Assembly (NCBI GenBank): GCA_039810425.1
Contig: JBDHWW010000012.1
Location: 1 to 64,000 of the forward strand
Direction: 5' to 3'
Origin: Pseudobdellovibrionaceae bacterium
GTDB lineage: Bacteria; Bdellovibrionota; Bdellovibrionia; Bdellovibrionales; Bdellovibrionaceae
Length of the DNA stretch: 64,000 bases
The position numbers and the translations under genes were made by a program. Positions 1-10,222 of this stretch are shown here, in pieces. The notes beneath the pieces were generated by a model that saw only the letters and a list, made by a program, of their open reading frames with translations, was not told the origin of the DNA and did not search any database. Within the stretch, counting starts at the first letter, position 1, and every line of letters starts with the position of its first letter.

Positions 1-174
1 AGAAGCCTGAGAGGCTTGATCTGCACATTGCACTTTATGTGCTTTATCATAACTTGGTTTTAATCAAGCAGACATAGGTTAGCGCCTAAGCCCGAGCGCC
101 CGCCCATCGCATGGAGGCAGATCCGCCGTGCTTGGGGCTTCATATCAACAGCGTAAGGGATCAGTTTTTTATCT

Positions 175-885
175 TTAAGCGAGCGTCCCTCGCGAAAACA
201 TTTCTTTGAGATAGTCGGCGGCGGAATCCTGGGTGCGCAGATAATAGAGCGCTTTCAAGATGTCTTGCTCTTTCGGAGTGAGGTCCGCGTTGCTGCCCGT
301 ACGGCGAATGCGATCCTGCATGATGTGGTACAAACACAAAGCCCCTGCCACAGAAATATTAAAACTTTGCACAAAACCCGGCATTGGGATGATCATGCGC
401 TCATCAGCAGCCTCAATCATTTCACGGGATACGCCGTCGCGCTCGTTGCCGAGCACGAGCGCCGTCTTGCCTGAGAAGTCGATATCGGCAATCGGCTTGC
501 TTGCTTCCAGCGTTGTGACGCAAATACGGTAACCTTGGTCTTTCAGAGCCTCAATGCAGCCTTTGGATTGCTTCCACTTCTGCACTTCGACCCATTTGTC
601 AGCCCCTTGAGTGACCCGGTTGGCTTCTTTAAATTTTTCCTGAGTTTCAATCACGTGGAAGTTGGCATAGCCCAAGCCTTCCGCGGTTCTCATCACAGCA
701 CTGATATTGCCGCGATCATAGATCCCTTCAAGCACGACCGCCGTTTCAAAATTACGGGCGGCCACCACCCTGTCGATTTTTTGACGGCGCTCCGCTGTCA
801 GCAAAGGGCCGATGTGTTGCAAGATAAGTTCGTAATGAACATTCAAGCCCGTATCGACAGAAATACGCTCAGAATGAGGGAACAT
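175..885 (-). CDS. TrmH/SpoU-family RNA methyltransferase
   Basis: SPOUT motifs GNISAVMRTAEGLG, LVLGNERDG and IPMPGFVQSFNIS. Confidence 0.9.
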   Translation of the reverse strand: MFPHSERISVDTGLNVHYELILQHIGPLLTAERRQKIDRVVAARNFETAVVLEGIYDRGNISAVMRTAEGLGYANFHVIETQEKFKEANRVTQGADKWVEVQKWKQSKGCIEALKDQGYRICVTTLEASKPIADIDFSGKTALVLGNERDGVSREMIEAADERMIIPMPGFVQSFNISVAGALCLYHIMQDRIRRTGSNADLTPKEQDILKALYYLRTQDSAADYLKEMFSRGTLA

Positions 886-893
886 AGTGATCC

Positions 894-2114
894 TTACTTG
901 TAGAGAGACTCGGGGCTCTTAGACAAATCACGAGTGATGTTCTTTTGGTGTGCTTCCAAAGTACCGCCGCCGATCTCAAGTAACTTTGCGTCTCTCCACA
1001 AGCGCTCAACAACGTACTCGCCCACATAACCGTAACCACCCAAAACTTGGATCGCACGGTCTGCAACATTTTTACCCATGGTTGTTGCCACAAGCTTAAC
1101 ACCGTCTGAATCCAAACGGTTGCCTTCTTTGTGAAGGTCCATACGACGAGCGGTTTCGTAAACATAAGTGCGAGCCGCTTTGAACTCTGCATAGCTGTCA
1201 GCAATGTAACGTTGCATTTGACCGAAGAAGTTCAAAGATTTACCGAAAGCTTCACGCTCGGTAGCGTAGCGATTCATGATCTCGACAGAACGACGAGCAA
1301 TACCTAAACTCATTGCAGCCAACGTCAAACGCTCGAGCTCGAGATTTTTCATCATGTGGATCATCGAGTCGCCCTCAGCGCCGATCAAGTTTTCAACTGG
1401 CACTTCACAGTCTTGGAATACAAGCTCTGCCGTGTTTGAACCACGCATACCGAGTTTATCTTGGATTTTTTGACCCACTTGGAAACCTTTGAAAGTAGAC
1501 TCAACCAAGAAAGAAGAAATCAACGCACGGCCATTTTTTTCGCCAGTCTTTGCGTAAACCAATGTCAAATCGCAAGGAGTTTTATTTTCATCCACAGTTC
1601 CATTTGTGATCCACATTTTACGACCATTGATGATGTATTTGTCGCCCTTACGAACTGCTGTAGTTTGCATTCCCAAAACGTCTGTACCCACAGCAGGCTC
1701 TGACATCGACATAGAACCGATCCACTCGCCTGAACACAATCTTGGCAAGTATTTCATACGTTGCTCATCACTTGCATTCATCGCAATGTTGTTCACACAA
1801 AGCATCGAGTGAGCAAGATACGCCAAAGCAAATCCAGGGTCCGATGCTGACATTTCTTCGTGCACGATCGCTGCCGCCGTGGCGTCCATCCCCGCACCGC
1901 CGAATTGTTCTGGAACCGTCAAACCTAAAAGTCCCAGCTCGCCCACTTTACGGAATAATTCCAAGTTAAAACGTTCTTTACGGTCGTACTCGTGAGCCTG
2001 AGGTTCGATTTCCTCTTTAGTGAAATTAGCGACGGTTTCGCGAAGCATTGTGTGCTCAGGAGTCGGATTATAGAGATCAAATTCTTTCCAGTTAAATTCA
2101 GACATTGGGACCAT
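894..2114 (-). CDS. Acyl-CoA dehydrogenase (isovaleryl-CoA dehydrogenase-like)
   Basis: MSEPAVGTD, GRKMWITNG, KLGMRGSNT, LGGYGY and LLEIGGGT motifs. Confidence 0.92.
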   Translation of the reverse strand: MVPMSEFNWKEFDLYNPTPEHTMLRETVANFTKEEIEPQAHEYDRKERFNLELFRKVGELGLLGLTVPEQFGGAGMDATAAAIVHEEMSASDPGFALAYLAHSMLCVNNIAMNASDEQRMKYLPRLCSGEWIGSMSMSEPAVGTDVLGMQTTAVRKGDKYIINGRKMWITNGTVDENKTPCDLTLVYAKTGEKNGRALISSFLVESTFKGFQVGQKIQDKLGMRGSNTAELVFQDCEVPVENLIGAEGDSMIHMMKNLELERLTLAAMSLGIARRSVEIMNRYATEREAFGKSLNFFGQMQRYIADSYAEFKAARTYVYETARRMDLHKEGNRLDSDGVKLVATTMGKNVADRAIQVLGGYGYVGEYVVERLWRDAKLLEIGGGTLEAHQKNITRDLSKSPESLYK

Positions 2115-2209
2115 CCTGTTACGATTTTGTAACCTTATTTTTTGCGAGTTATTCCCTTATAACGCAAGTCTAAAGCCATTTCGCTGCGATAAGTTATGGG
2201 ATATATCTA

Positions 2210-3331
2210 GTGTCTATGCAAGTCGCAGTCATCGGAGTCGGAACAGAGCTTACTAGTGGCCAGATTATAAATAAAAATTCGGCCTGGATCTCCAAAAATC
2301 TGAAAGATCTTGGAGTTCCCACCAATTGCCATTTAGTGGTGCCCGATGACCGAAAACTGATCTTAGATGCGCTCCATTTTTGCGCTGAACGCTGCGACAC
2401 TTTGTTTGTCACCGGTGGCTTGGGCCCTACCACCGACGACTTCACTCGTGAACTCATCGCCGAATGGGCCAAGCTCCCCCTAGAGTTTGATGAGGCCTCG
2501 TGGGAACACATCAACAACCGGCTTAGATCTCGCTCGATTGAGGTTCGCGAAAGCCAACGCCAACAAGCTATGTTCCCTCAAGGTGCCAAAGTTCTGACAA
2601 ACCCCGAAGGCACCGCCAATGCTTTTCATCTGAAAGTTTTCAACAAAGATGTCTTTGTTTTACCGGGGCCGCCGATGGAAATCGCCGCGATTTGGAAAAG
2701 CAGTATCGATGGCTCTGTTCGCGAAAAAACCAAGGACCTTGATCGTTACATCACTTACTCGTGGGACACCATGGGCCTGGGTGAATCCGATGTCGCTCAC
2801 CATACCGAACTTTGTCTGGATGGAATTGTGATCGAAAAGGGTTACCGCGTGCATTTGCCTTACGTCGAAGTGAAAGTGACCTTTTTAGAGTCAAGACTGG
2901 AGCAACTTCGCTCCGCAATTGAACGTGTGGACGAAGCCCTGCGCCCGATCACTGTTACTCGCAACGGAGAAGACATCGCCGAGCTGATCGCCAAAAAATT
3001 GACGACAGTTGCAAAGATCCAGGTAATGGATTCGCTCTCAGGTCAAACGATCATGAATCGCCTGACTCCGGCACTAAATACTTATATGAAAACGAGTGCG
3101 TGGAGTTTTACCAATCACAATGGTTTTAGCTCAGACCCACAAACTCTGCGCATGATTCTGCGTCCCTGGGATACCACCACGGCCGTTGCCGAGATTCACT
3201 ATCACGGAGCCAGCTTTAAAACTTTTTTTGAAGCGCCCTTTATGATTTCAAAAATGAGCGAACGCCGCGCTCTGTACTTTGCTGAACGAGCCCTGATCTT
3301 TTGGTTGCAAAAACTCGACGACCTTATCTAA
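2210..3331 (+). CDS. cinA: CinA-like competence/damage-inducible protein (molybdopterin-binding domain; degenerate C-terminus)
   Basis: VGTELTSGQIINKN, GGLGPTTDDFT and LPGPPME motifs. Confidence 0.85.
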   Translation: MSMQVAVIGVGTELTSGQIINKNSAWISKNLKDLGVPTNCHLVVPDDRKLILDALHFCAERCDTLFVTGGLGPTTDDFTRELIAEWAKLPLEFDEASWEHINNRLRSRSIEVRESQRQQAMFPQGAKVLTNPEGTANAFHLKVFNKDVFVLPGPPMEIAAIWKSSIDGSVREKTKDLDRYITYSWDTMGLGESDVAHHTELCLDGIVIEKGYRVHLPYVEVKVTFLESRLEQLRSAIERVDEALRPITVTRNGEDIAELIAKKLTTVAKIQVMDSLSGQTIMNRLTPALNTYMKTSAWSFTNHNGFSSDPQTLRMILRPWDTTTAVAEIHYHGASFKTFFEAPFMISKMSERRALYFAERALIFWLQKLDDLI

Positions 3332-3340
3332 CAACCGGAG

Positions 3341-3363
3341 CTTTTACCGACAGATGGCGGCGG
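3341..3363. repeat. Palindromic repeat copy A (core CCGACA-GA-TGGCGG)
   Basis: Reverse complement CCGCCGCCATCTGTCGGTAAAAG matches 6349-6370 CCGCCGCCATCTGGCAGTAAAG. Confidence 0.7.
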
Positions 3364-3420
3364 AGGCTGGGATTATAAGTCAGTGCAAATGTTTTTGCAT
3401 CTCGGCTCTAAAATATTTGA

Positions 3421-4254
3421 TTAAGATACAATATCGGCCGCATTAATGACCTTAGCGTAGAAGGCATTAATATTTGCAAGGGTTAGCCGATGAATCCGAT
3501 CGGCTTTTAATAGTTTTCCGTCTGGGCTTCGTACATCAAACATCGCAGTGGCATCGCCTACCACGTAAGAATCAAACCCCAAAGACGAAGCGTCTCTGGC
3601 AGTGGCGTCAATGCATTCATTGGCGGTAAAACCAACTAAAACTAAATTTTCAGGTTCTAATTCCGCTAACCGGGCTTCTAATTCAGTTTCTGCAAATGCA
3701 CTCGACTTTGTTTTCTCTATAATCACTTCACCTTCAACGGCTTGCAAGCCAGGTAAAAGCTCGCAACCGTTAGAGCCCTTATAAAAAATAGAACCCGCAT
3801 TTTCAGAAACATGCTTCACGTGCATGACGGGTCTTTTTTGAGCGCGCCAGTAGCTTAATAACTTCGAAATATTTTTTTCCGCCTCGGTGTTGTTTCTACC
3901 AGGCTGGGTTGCATCCAACAAACCGACTTGGGCATTAATAATGATCAAAAGGGATCTATCTGAAAGCGATTTTTTATTCGACTTATTTTGGGCTTCCTTA
4001 GCCAACAATTTTTTATAGCTCGTAATAGCTTCTTTGGTGGAAGCGTTGACTTGAAAACCAAGTGGTGTCAATTCCCATCGCCCCCTTATTTTAACAAGAA
4101 CCGGATAGTTCTCGGCAATTTTTTGCAGTCCGCGAGAGATCACTGAGGGGTCTCTACCCATGCTTTCAGCAAGTACTGCTAAGCCCGTGCTTTCACCGAA
4201 GGCCAGCAAAAGTTCAAGTTGTTCTGAGGATAGAGGAAATGCCTGTCGTCCCAT
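3421..4254 (-). CDS. LysR-like winged HTH fused to an isochorismatase/cysteine-hydrolase domain
   Basis: N-terminal AESMGRDPSVISRGLQKI...WELTPLG (HTH-like); C-terminal EKTKSSAF and GFTANECIDATAR. Start moved to MGRQAF (4254); 4266 is also possible. Confidence 0.8.
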   Translation of the reverse strand: MGRQAFPLSSEQLELLLAFGESTGLAVLAESMGRDPSVISRGLQKIAENYPVLVKIRGRWELTPLGFQVNASTKEAITSYKKLLAKEAQNKSNKKSLSDRSLLIIINAQVGLLDATQPGRNNTEAEKNISKLLSYWRAQKRPVMHVKHVSENAGSIFYKGSNGCELLPGLQAVEGEVIIEKTKSSAFAETELEARLAELEPENLVLVGFTANECIDATARDASSLGFDSYVVGDATAMFDVRSPDGKLLKADRIHRLTLANINAFYAKVINAADIVS

Positions 4255-4310
4255 GCTTCGAAACATATGTTCATTTCCATATGAATTCAAGAAAAAGACC
4301 GACCTAAGGA

Positions 4311-4327
4311 CATGCATTTTCTGCATG
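4311..4327. promoter_or_regulatory. LysR-type T-N11-A palindromic operator
   Basis: CATGCA-TTTTC-TGCATG lies between the HTH gene and the divergent gene. Confidence 0.6.
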
Positions 4328-4424
4328 AACCAACCTGCAACCTTTGCTGTGGTGGTTCTATATGACTTTCGATAAGTTCTGAATTCAACAAGGAGTATTA
4401 AATGTATCACAAAGGAGATGAACA

Positions 4425-4982
4425 ATGAAAATCATAGCTCTTATCATAGCACTATTTGGATTGGCGTCGCAGTCCAATGCCCAACATGCGAACCATCCAA
4501 TGTCCCACGAAATGCAGCATGGATTTGTATTATCGGCAGACGATCACTTTGCCAGTCACTTGGTGGCAAATGGCCATCACAGTCGCCAAACAGAAATCAC
4601 TGGCCAACTTTTAATTGAAGACCCACAAGAAATGGAAATTTACCAACAGCGAAAATCTCAAAATGCAGGTAGTTCTTACTTTCTATTTCAAGCCCAGAGT
4701 TTAGACCTTCCAACTTTATCGGCTGGTCAAGTTTTAAGAGGTCATATAGTTGAATCAAAAATGGGCGACTATGAACCGAAAAATAAAATTGTTAGTTTAG
4801 CCACCTTCGAAGTGAAAAAAGTCCTTTTGAATATTCCAAACCCATTTTTTACCGAAGCCGTACAAAACAACTCGCTTAGTCAATCGATGCATTTATTGTG
4901 GCAGACGAAAAAGAATTCGAATGATCGTGAGAAAAAACACTGTTGTGAAACAGGTACAAAACCTTGCAACTGGAAGTGCTAG
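4425..4982 (+). CDS. Secreted hypothetical protein with His-rich N-terminus and Cys-rich tail
   Basis: AAGGAG SD, Sec signal peptide, C-terminus KHCCETGTKPCNWKC. Confidence 0.8.
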   Translation: MKIIALIIALFGLASQSNAQHANHPMSHEMQHGFVLSADDHFASHLVANGHHSRQTEITGQLLIEDPQEMEIYQQRKSQNAGSSYFLFQAQSLDLPTLSAGQVLRGHIVESKMGDYEPKNKIVSLATFEVKKVLLNIPNPFFTEAVQNNSLSQSMHLLWQTKKNSNDREKKHCCETGTKPCNWKC

Positions 4983-5015
4983 AACCACTGAAATCCGATA
5001 AAGACTCTAATCATC

Positions 5016-5051
5016 AAAGCCCTGACTTAAAAATCAGGGCTTTTTCTTTTT
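5016..5051 (+). terminator. Rho-independent terminator
   Basis: AAAGCCCTGA-cttaaaaa-TCAGGGCTTT followed by a T-rich tract. Confidence 0.8.
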
Positions 5052-5069
5052 CAACGGGTTGCACTTGTC

Positions 5070-5088
5070 TACTGCCATCTGGCGGTAA
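5070..5088. repeat. Palindromic repeat copy B (TACTGCCA-TC-TGGCGGTA)
   Basis: Shares GCCATCTGGC(R)GTAA with copy C; lies immediately after the HNH stop codon. Confidence 0.7.
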
Positions 5089-5089
5089 T

Positions 5090-6007
5090 TCACACGCGCC
5101 GAATACCCGCCTGCTGCCGGTAGCGCTCTTGATTATGATTTGCACAAAGTGCTTGCAGATTCTCCAGCGTGTGAGCACCGCCCGCCCAGAGCGGCTGAAT
5201 ATGATCCGGATGCAGTCTCCAGCGCGAAGCGCAGAGTTTACCACTGCGTTTATCTTTGTACTGGCAGCACTGGTCCCTGCGAAGTACGGCTTGCTTGAGC
5301 TTTGCGCTTAGGTATTTCACAGAAGCGATTTGAGTCTGTTTTGTAATCTGATTCTGACCTGATGCTGATCCCACCTCTCTCTTTTGATCTGTCTTTGTTT
5401 TCTGCTCAATAACTCTCGTAGCTAGATATTCCAGCACCTGATCCCATTCCCCGGTGGGAAGAGTGTTAGAGAGTAACTCGCGCATAGTTTTTATCTTTTC
5501 CCATTGGGATTTCGTGAGAGTCACTTCAAGTCTTACAGACTCATCGGCCTGGTGTTTTACCTTAGGGGCTTCTTTGATGGTGATGTTTAAAGCTTGCGCG
5601 ATTTGCACTTGAGTCTGTTCAAGGGACTTATGCTTGATCGATTCTAAGATCTCGGCCTTTGTTTGCGCTGAGATCTTTTGATCTTTTGCTTGGCGCAGGG
5701 ATTTTTGTAAAAATGTTACCTGCGAAAGAGTGATCTCGCCTTGGTTAATATCCTCAATCACCTCGGGCACCACCAGCGAAAGCCTTGCTGCATCCAGTCT
5801 TCGCTGGGCACTGCCGCCATCATAACCCATGCGTTCAGTGAGATAGACATAAAGACTGGAGTAGCCAATAGATAAATACAATCTTCTGCGATCCACTTCA
5901 GCAATATGACTAAGGATTTCTTTTAAGACTTCTTTTTCTTTTTTTACGTAGTTTATTAAACTCTGATCCAACAGTTCGTCAGAAAGGGATTTTAAATTTG
6001 TATGCAT
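5090..6007 (-). CDS. HNH endonuclease with a DUF222-like helical N-terminal region
   Basis: RDQCCQY...C...DHIQP...GG...NLQALCANHN; GGAGG SD before ATG at 6007. Confidence 0.85.
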   Translation of the reverse strand: MHTNLKSLSDELLDQSLINYVKKEKEVLKEILSHIAEVDRRRLYLSIGYSSLYVYLTERMGYDGGSAQRRLDAARLSLVVPEVIEDINQGEITLSQVTFLQKSLRQAKDQKISAQTKAEILESIKHKSLEQTQVQIAQALNITIKEAPKVKHQADESVRLEVTLTKSQWEKIKTMRELLSNTLPTGEWDQVLEYLATRVIEQKTKTDQKREVGSASGQNQITKQTQIASVKYLSAKLKQAVLRRDQCCQYKDKRSGKLCASRWRLHPDHIQPLWAGGAHTLENLQALCANHNQERYRQQAGIRRV

Positions 6008-6348
6008 GGCAACCTCCAAAGAATAAAGAGGTTCTACCACATCTTTTAAAATACGATTTTTCGAGGTTTTTATAAAAAATTTTAAGTTTGAACATGATCA
6101 CAGACGCGACCTAAAAGCTCTTAATAGTCCCATCTGCAAGAGTTAAATGTTATCGCTAGACCCCTCTTGCAGAACGAGTTTCAGTCTCCGAGAATGAGGA
6201 TTAAAAATTAGAAACCAGTGTCAATGTCTTTTTTAAAATTGGCTCTGTAACTGCAATATGTCAGGTAATTTTTTAAAGTTTTGATTCTGCGCTTCTGTAT
6301 TTTTATCATACTGCATTTTCAGAGTTTTCATCAGAAGCACAAGAACGA

Positions 6349-6370
6349 CCGCCGCCATCTGGCAGTAAAG
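6349..6370. repeat. Palindromic repeat copy C (core CCGCCA-TC-TGGCAG)
   Basis: Inverted relative to copy A, direct relative to copy B. Confidence 0.7.
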
Positions 6371-6395
6371 CATGGCACCGTCAGTGCCTGCCAGC

Positions 6396-6620
6396 TTAAA
6401 GGCAATAACAAGTCACCAAATCAGTCTCATAGGGATTGGTCTGTTGTCGGCAAAAACCGGCTTGGCCTTTTTGCGCCTCAACGAGGCAAATAGAATTAAC
6501 TTCCTTACCAAAACACTGGGCATCGCTGAATTGATCACAGATCAACTCCCGCTTTTCCTCACCGAAATTTGATAAAGCCGGAAGCGTGAAACTCATGACA
6601 ATGAGGAATATGGTCTTCAT
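6396..6620 (-). CDS. Small secreted protein with six Cys (74 aa)
   Basis: MKTIFLIV signal peptide; ATGA overlap with the nrdJ stop codon. Confidence 0.7.
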   Translation of the reverse strand: MKTIFLIVMSFTLPALSNFGEEKRELICDQFSDAQCFGKEVNSICLVEAQKGQAGFCRQQTNPYETDLVTCYCL

Positions 6621-8941
6621 GCGCACCCCACAGTACTGCCGCAGTTTGGACAGCGATAACATCCGCTAGTCAAAACTGTATCACTGCCGCATTCGGGACA
6701 CTTCATCGTCCATGTCGTATTTTCGTCTTTTACGACATCCTTCTTCTGATTCAGTGGCTGACTGCGTTTACTGCCATCGCGATAAATCGCCACGGCTTTA
6801 AGGCCAAGCTTCCAAGATTGTCGATAGATTTCACTGATATCTTTTTCAGTAGCCGAGTTTGGCATGTTCACAGTCTTAGAAATGGCACCACTGATAAACG
6901 GCTGCACCGCTGCCATCATCAAGATATGACTTTCCGGGGGCAGGGTCCGTTTCCCCGCCTGCGCCGAAGCACAATCAAAGATCGCCAAGTGTTCAGCCTT
7001 CAAGTCTGGCGCCCCTTCGATACTGCGATGTTTTTCGATGTACTCTAAGATATTTTCAATCGCGTGATCGGGATATTTTAAAACTCGCAAAGCCACCGGC
7101 ACAGATTGGTTGACGATTTCAACCTCCCCACCACCGACCATTTTTTTATACTTCACTAACGAGAAATCTGGCTCAATACCAGTGGTATCACAATCCATCA
7201 AAAGACCAATGGTCCCTGTGGGCGCAATCACCGTTGCTTGAGCATTGCGGAATCCATGTTTTTCACCGAGACTCAGAACATCTTCCCACAAATCTTCGCA
7301 CGTTTCTTTAAACTCACTTGGTAGAAGTGTCCAAGAAATCTGCTTACGAGCTTTGGCGTGTTTGCCGACGACTTTCAGCATCGACTTTTTATTTTTCGCA
7401 TAGCCCGCAAAAGCCCCACGGGTTTCTGCAAGCTGAGCACTGGCCCAATAAGCCACCCCCTGCATGAGGCTCGCAATCGCTCCGGCCCAAGCTCGGCCCT
7501 CGTCCCCATGATACGGCAATGCTTTTCGCATCAAGAAGCTTCCAAGATTCGCAAACCCCAATCCCAGCGGACGGAAGTTGTGGCTGTTCTCAGCAATTTT
7601 TGCTGTTGGGTAACTTGAGTAATCCACCAAAATTTCTTGCGCCGTGAACATGATTCGCGCCACGTGCATAAAGCTCACAAGGTCAAAATCCCCCTCCGGA
7701 GTCAGGAACGTCACAAGATTGAGCGACGCTAAATTACAAGCACTGTCATCCAAGAACATGTATTCAGAGCACGGATTGCTGGCGTGAATCTCACCCGCTT
7801 CAGGACAGGTGTGCCACTCGTTAATCGTGTCATGAAACTGCACGCCAGGATCAGCACACATCCACGCCGAGTGTACGATCTTATCCCAAACTTCGCGCGC
7901 CGGCAGAGTTCTTAAAACTTTGCCATTCACCCGCGCACGCAACGACCAGTCCTTATGATCAAGTAACGACGTCATAAAGTTTTTTGGAATACGGACCGAG
8001 TTATTAGCATTTTGTCCGGCCACTGTGCGATAAGCCTCGCCTTCAAAGTCAGCCTCATAACCTGCAGCAATCAATGCGTGCGCTTTTTTCTCTTCACGCA
8101 TTTTCCATTCGATAAAATCTAAAACTTCGGGATGATCCAAATCAACACAGACCATTTTTGCCGCACGACGAGTGGTGCCGCCAGATTTAATGGCGCCAGC
8201 CCCACGATCTAAAACTTCGAGAAACGAAATCAAACCCGAGCTCGTACCACTGCCACTCAAGAGAGGCTCGTACTTACTACGCAGGTTAGAAAAGTTCGTG
8301 CCTGAGCCTGAACCATACTTAAAAAGTTTGGCTTCAGTTTTAGCTAGATCAAAAATACTTTCTAAAGAGTCCTCGACACTTTGAATGAAACACGCAGAAC
8401 ACTGCGGGCGCTCATAGGCGTTGCTGATTTTGCACACGGATTTTGATTTTTCATCCCAAGCAAAATGCTCGCTATCCGAAATAATCCCGTAAGCATCATA
8501 AAGGCCCACGTTAAACCACACTGGGCTATTAAAAGCGGCCCGCTGCGAGTACAAAATGTATTTAAGTTCTTTGGCAAAAATATCGGCTTGAGCTTTATTG
8601 GCAAAAACGCCGCCTTGACGAGTGCCGGCCTTAACAACCGCATCCACCACTCTTTGCGCCATTTGTTTGACAGAGTGTTCACCTTTGAAGCTTCCGGTCT
8701 TTTTTCGGAAATACTTACTCGCAGCAATGTCGACTGCCAATTGCGACCAGCCCTCGGGCGCTTCGGCACTCTTCATCTCAAAAAAGATCCCACCACGGCG
8801 GTCTTTGATCAGACAGTCCCGACGTCCCCAAGAGAACATCTTTTCGACGTCTTTGACTCCCGTAGTAAAGTGCTCTGAGAATACCAAGGCCGCGCCAGAC
8901 GGCCGCCCCTGAACTGTGCTTTGTGTTTTCTTTTTTGCCAT
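6617..8941 (-). CDS. nrdJ: Vitamin B12-dependent (class II) ribonucleotide reductase
   Basis: [40 protein letters not shown] and a C-terminal Zn ribbon. Confidence 0.95.
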   Translation of the reverse strand: MAKKKTQSTVQGRPSGAALVFSEHFTTGVKDVEKMFSWGRRDCLIKDRRGGIFFEMKSAEAPEGWSQLAVDIAASKYFRKKTGSFKGEHSVKQMAQRVVDAVVKAGTRQGGVFANKAQADIFAKELKYILYSQRAAFNSPVWFNVGLYDAYGIISDSEHFAWDEKSKSVCKISNAYERPQCSACFIQSVEDSLESIFDLAKTEAKLFKYGSGSGTNFSNLRSKYEPLLSGSGTSSGLISFLEVLDRGAGAIKSGGTTRRAAKMVCVDLDHPEVLDFIEWKMREEKKAHALIAAGYEADFEGEAYRTVAGQNANNSVRIPKNFMTSLLDHKDWSLRARVNGKVLRTLPAREVWDKIVHSAWMCADPGVQFHDTINEWHTCPEAGEIHASNPCSEYMFLDDSACNLASLNLVTFLTPEGDFDLVSFMHVARIMFTAQEILVDYSSYPTAKIAENSHNFRPLGLGFANLGSFLMRKALPYHGDEGRAWAGAIASLMQGVAYWASAQLAETRGAFAGYAKNKKSMLKVVGKHAKARKQISWTLLPSEFKETCEDLWEDVLSLGEKHGFRNAQATVIAPTGTIGLLMDCDTTGIEPDFSLVKYKKMVGGGEVEIVNQSVPVALRVLKYPDHAIENILEYIEKHRSIEGAPDLKAEHLAIFDCASAQAGKRTLPPESHILMMAAVQPFISGAISKTVNMPNSATEKDISEIYRQSWKLGLKAVAIYRDGSKRSQPLNQKKDVVKDENTTWTMKCPECGSDTVLTSGCYRCPNCGSTVGCA

Positions 8942-8959
8942 GGTATCTATTCTAGGCAG

Positions 8960-10117
8960 ATGGACAGTATAAGCAAACCCATTTATTTGGATTACAACTC
9001 AACAACCCCCGTGGACCCGCAAGTTTTTGCCGCGATGGAACCTTACTTTAAGACTCACTTCGGCAATCCTTCGAGCTTCGCCCATCAATGGGGCTGGGCC
9101 GCGCAAAAGGCGGTCGACAAGGCCCGCGTGCAATTGTCGGATCTTATGGGGGCAAAACCTCTGGAGCTGACTTTTACCGGCGGCGCCACGGAGAGCAATA
9201 ACTGGGTGATCTTTGGCCTCATCGAAAAATTCCGCACGGAAAGCCGCAATGAGCCCATTCACATTATCGCAAGCAACATTGAGCACAGTTCCGTGATGAA
9301 CTCACTCAAAGAAGCTCAACGCCGTGGAGTGGAGGTCGATTTTGTAAAGACCAACAAATACGGCCAAGTCGAAGTCGAAACCGTTGCAAAAGCGATCAAG
9401 CCGCACACAAAGCTCATGAGCTTCCTATGGGTGAATAACGAAATCGGCAGCATCAACCCCATCCGTGAACTTGCCCAACTTGCGAAGGAAAAACAGATCT
9501 ACATCCACACCGATGCCACTCAGGCCGTTGGTAAGATTCCGGTCAACGTGCAAGAAGCGCCGGTGGATTTGCTCTCAGCATCCGCGCATAAATTTTATGG
9601 CCCCAAAGGCATTGGCTTTTTGTATGTGCGAAGCGCTCATCCAAAAGTGAGCCTGCCGCCGTTTATCTTCGGCGGCGGCCAAGAGCACGGAAATCGCTCG
9701 GGCACCCACAACGTGCCTGCGATCGTGGGCCTCGGGGCGGCGGCAGAAATCTGTCATAAGCAGCTCACTGAAGAATACGAGCGCACGACCGAATTACGCA
9801 ACTATTTGTGGATGGGAATCCAGCAACGCCTTCCTTCGGCGCGCCTCAACGGACATCCGACGGAACGCTCACCAATCAATCTGAACATCACTTTCCCCGG
9901 TAAAAATATTGAGCAGCTTTTGCCAAAGCTCGGCCGTTTGGGCTTCAGCCAGGGCTCGGCCTGCCATACCGGAACCCTCGAAGTCAGCCCGATGCTGGTG
10001 GCTTTAGGACTGACTCCCGAGGAGGCCCAGGGCACCCTCAGACTCAGCCTGGGACGCTGGACCACGAAAGAGGACCTCGAGACCGCGATTGAAGTTCTCG
10101 CGAAGGCACTAAATTAG
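8960..10117 (+). CDS. iscS: Cysteine desulfurase (IscS/NifS family)
   Basis: [19 protein letters not shown] (PLP lysine) and QGSAC. Confidence 0.92.
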   Translation: MDSISKPIYLDYNSTTPVDPQVFAAMEPYFKTHFGNPSSFAHQWGWAAQKAVDKARVQLSDLMGAKPLELTFTGGATESNNWVIFGLIEKFRTESRNEPIHIIASNIEHSSVMNSLKEAQRRGVEVDFVKTNKYGQVEVETVAKAIKPHTKLMSFLWVNNEIGSINPIRELAQLAKEKQIYIHTDATQAVGKIPVNVQEAPVDLLSASAHKFYGPKGIGFLYVRSAHPKVSLPPFIFGGGQEHGNRSGTHNVPAIVGLGAAAEICHKQLTEEYERTTELRNYLWMGIQQRLPSARLNGHPTERSPINLNITFPGKNIEQLLPKLGRLGFSQGSACHTGTLEVSPMLVALGLTPEEAQGTLRLSLGRWTTKEDLETAIEVLAKALN

Positions 10118-10222
10118 CGTAATATTTTCAATTACTTACAACGGAACGCCAAATCCCATCCAAGCCTTCTCAGAAAAGGGCTCCTGTGGTATCATGGAAG
10201 CTTCTTGTGAAGGAGAATTATC

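Noticed and set aside
2165..2192. Sigma28-like TAAAG...TGCGATAA upstream of cinA
   Set aside because: Spacing does not fit the consensus
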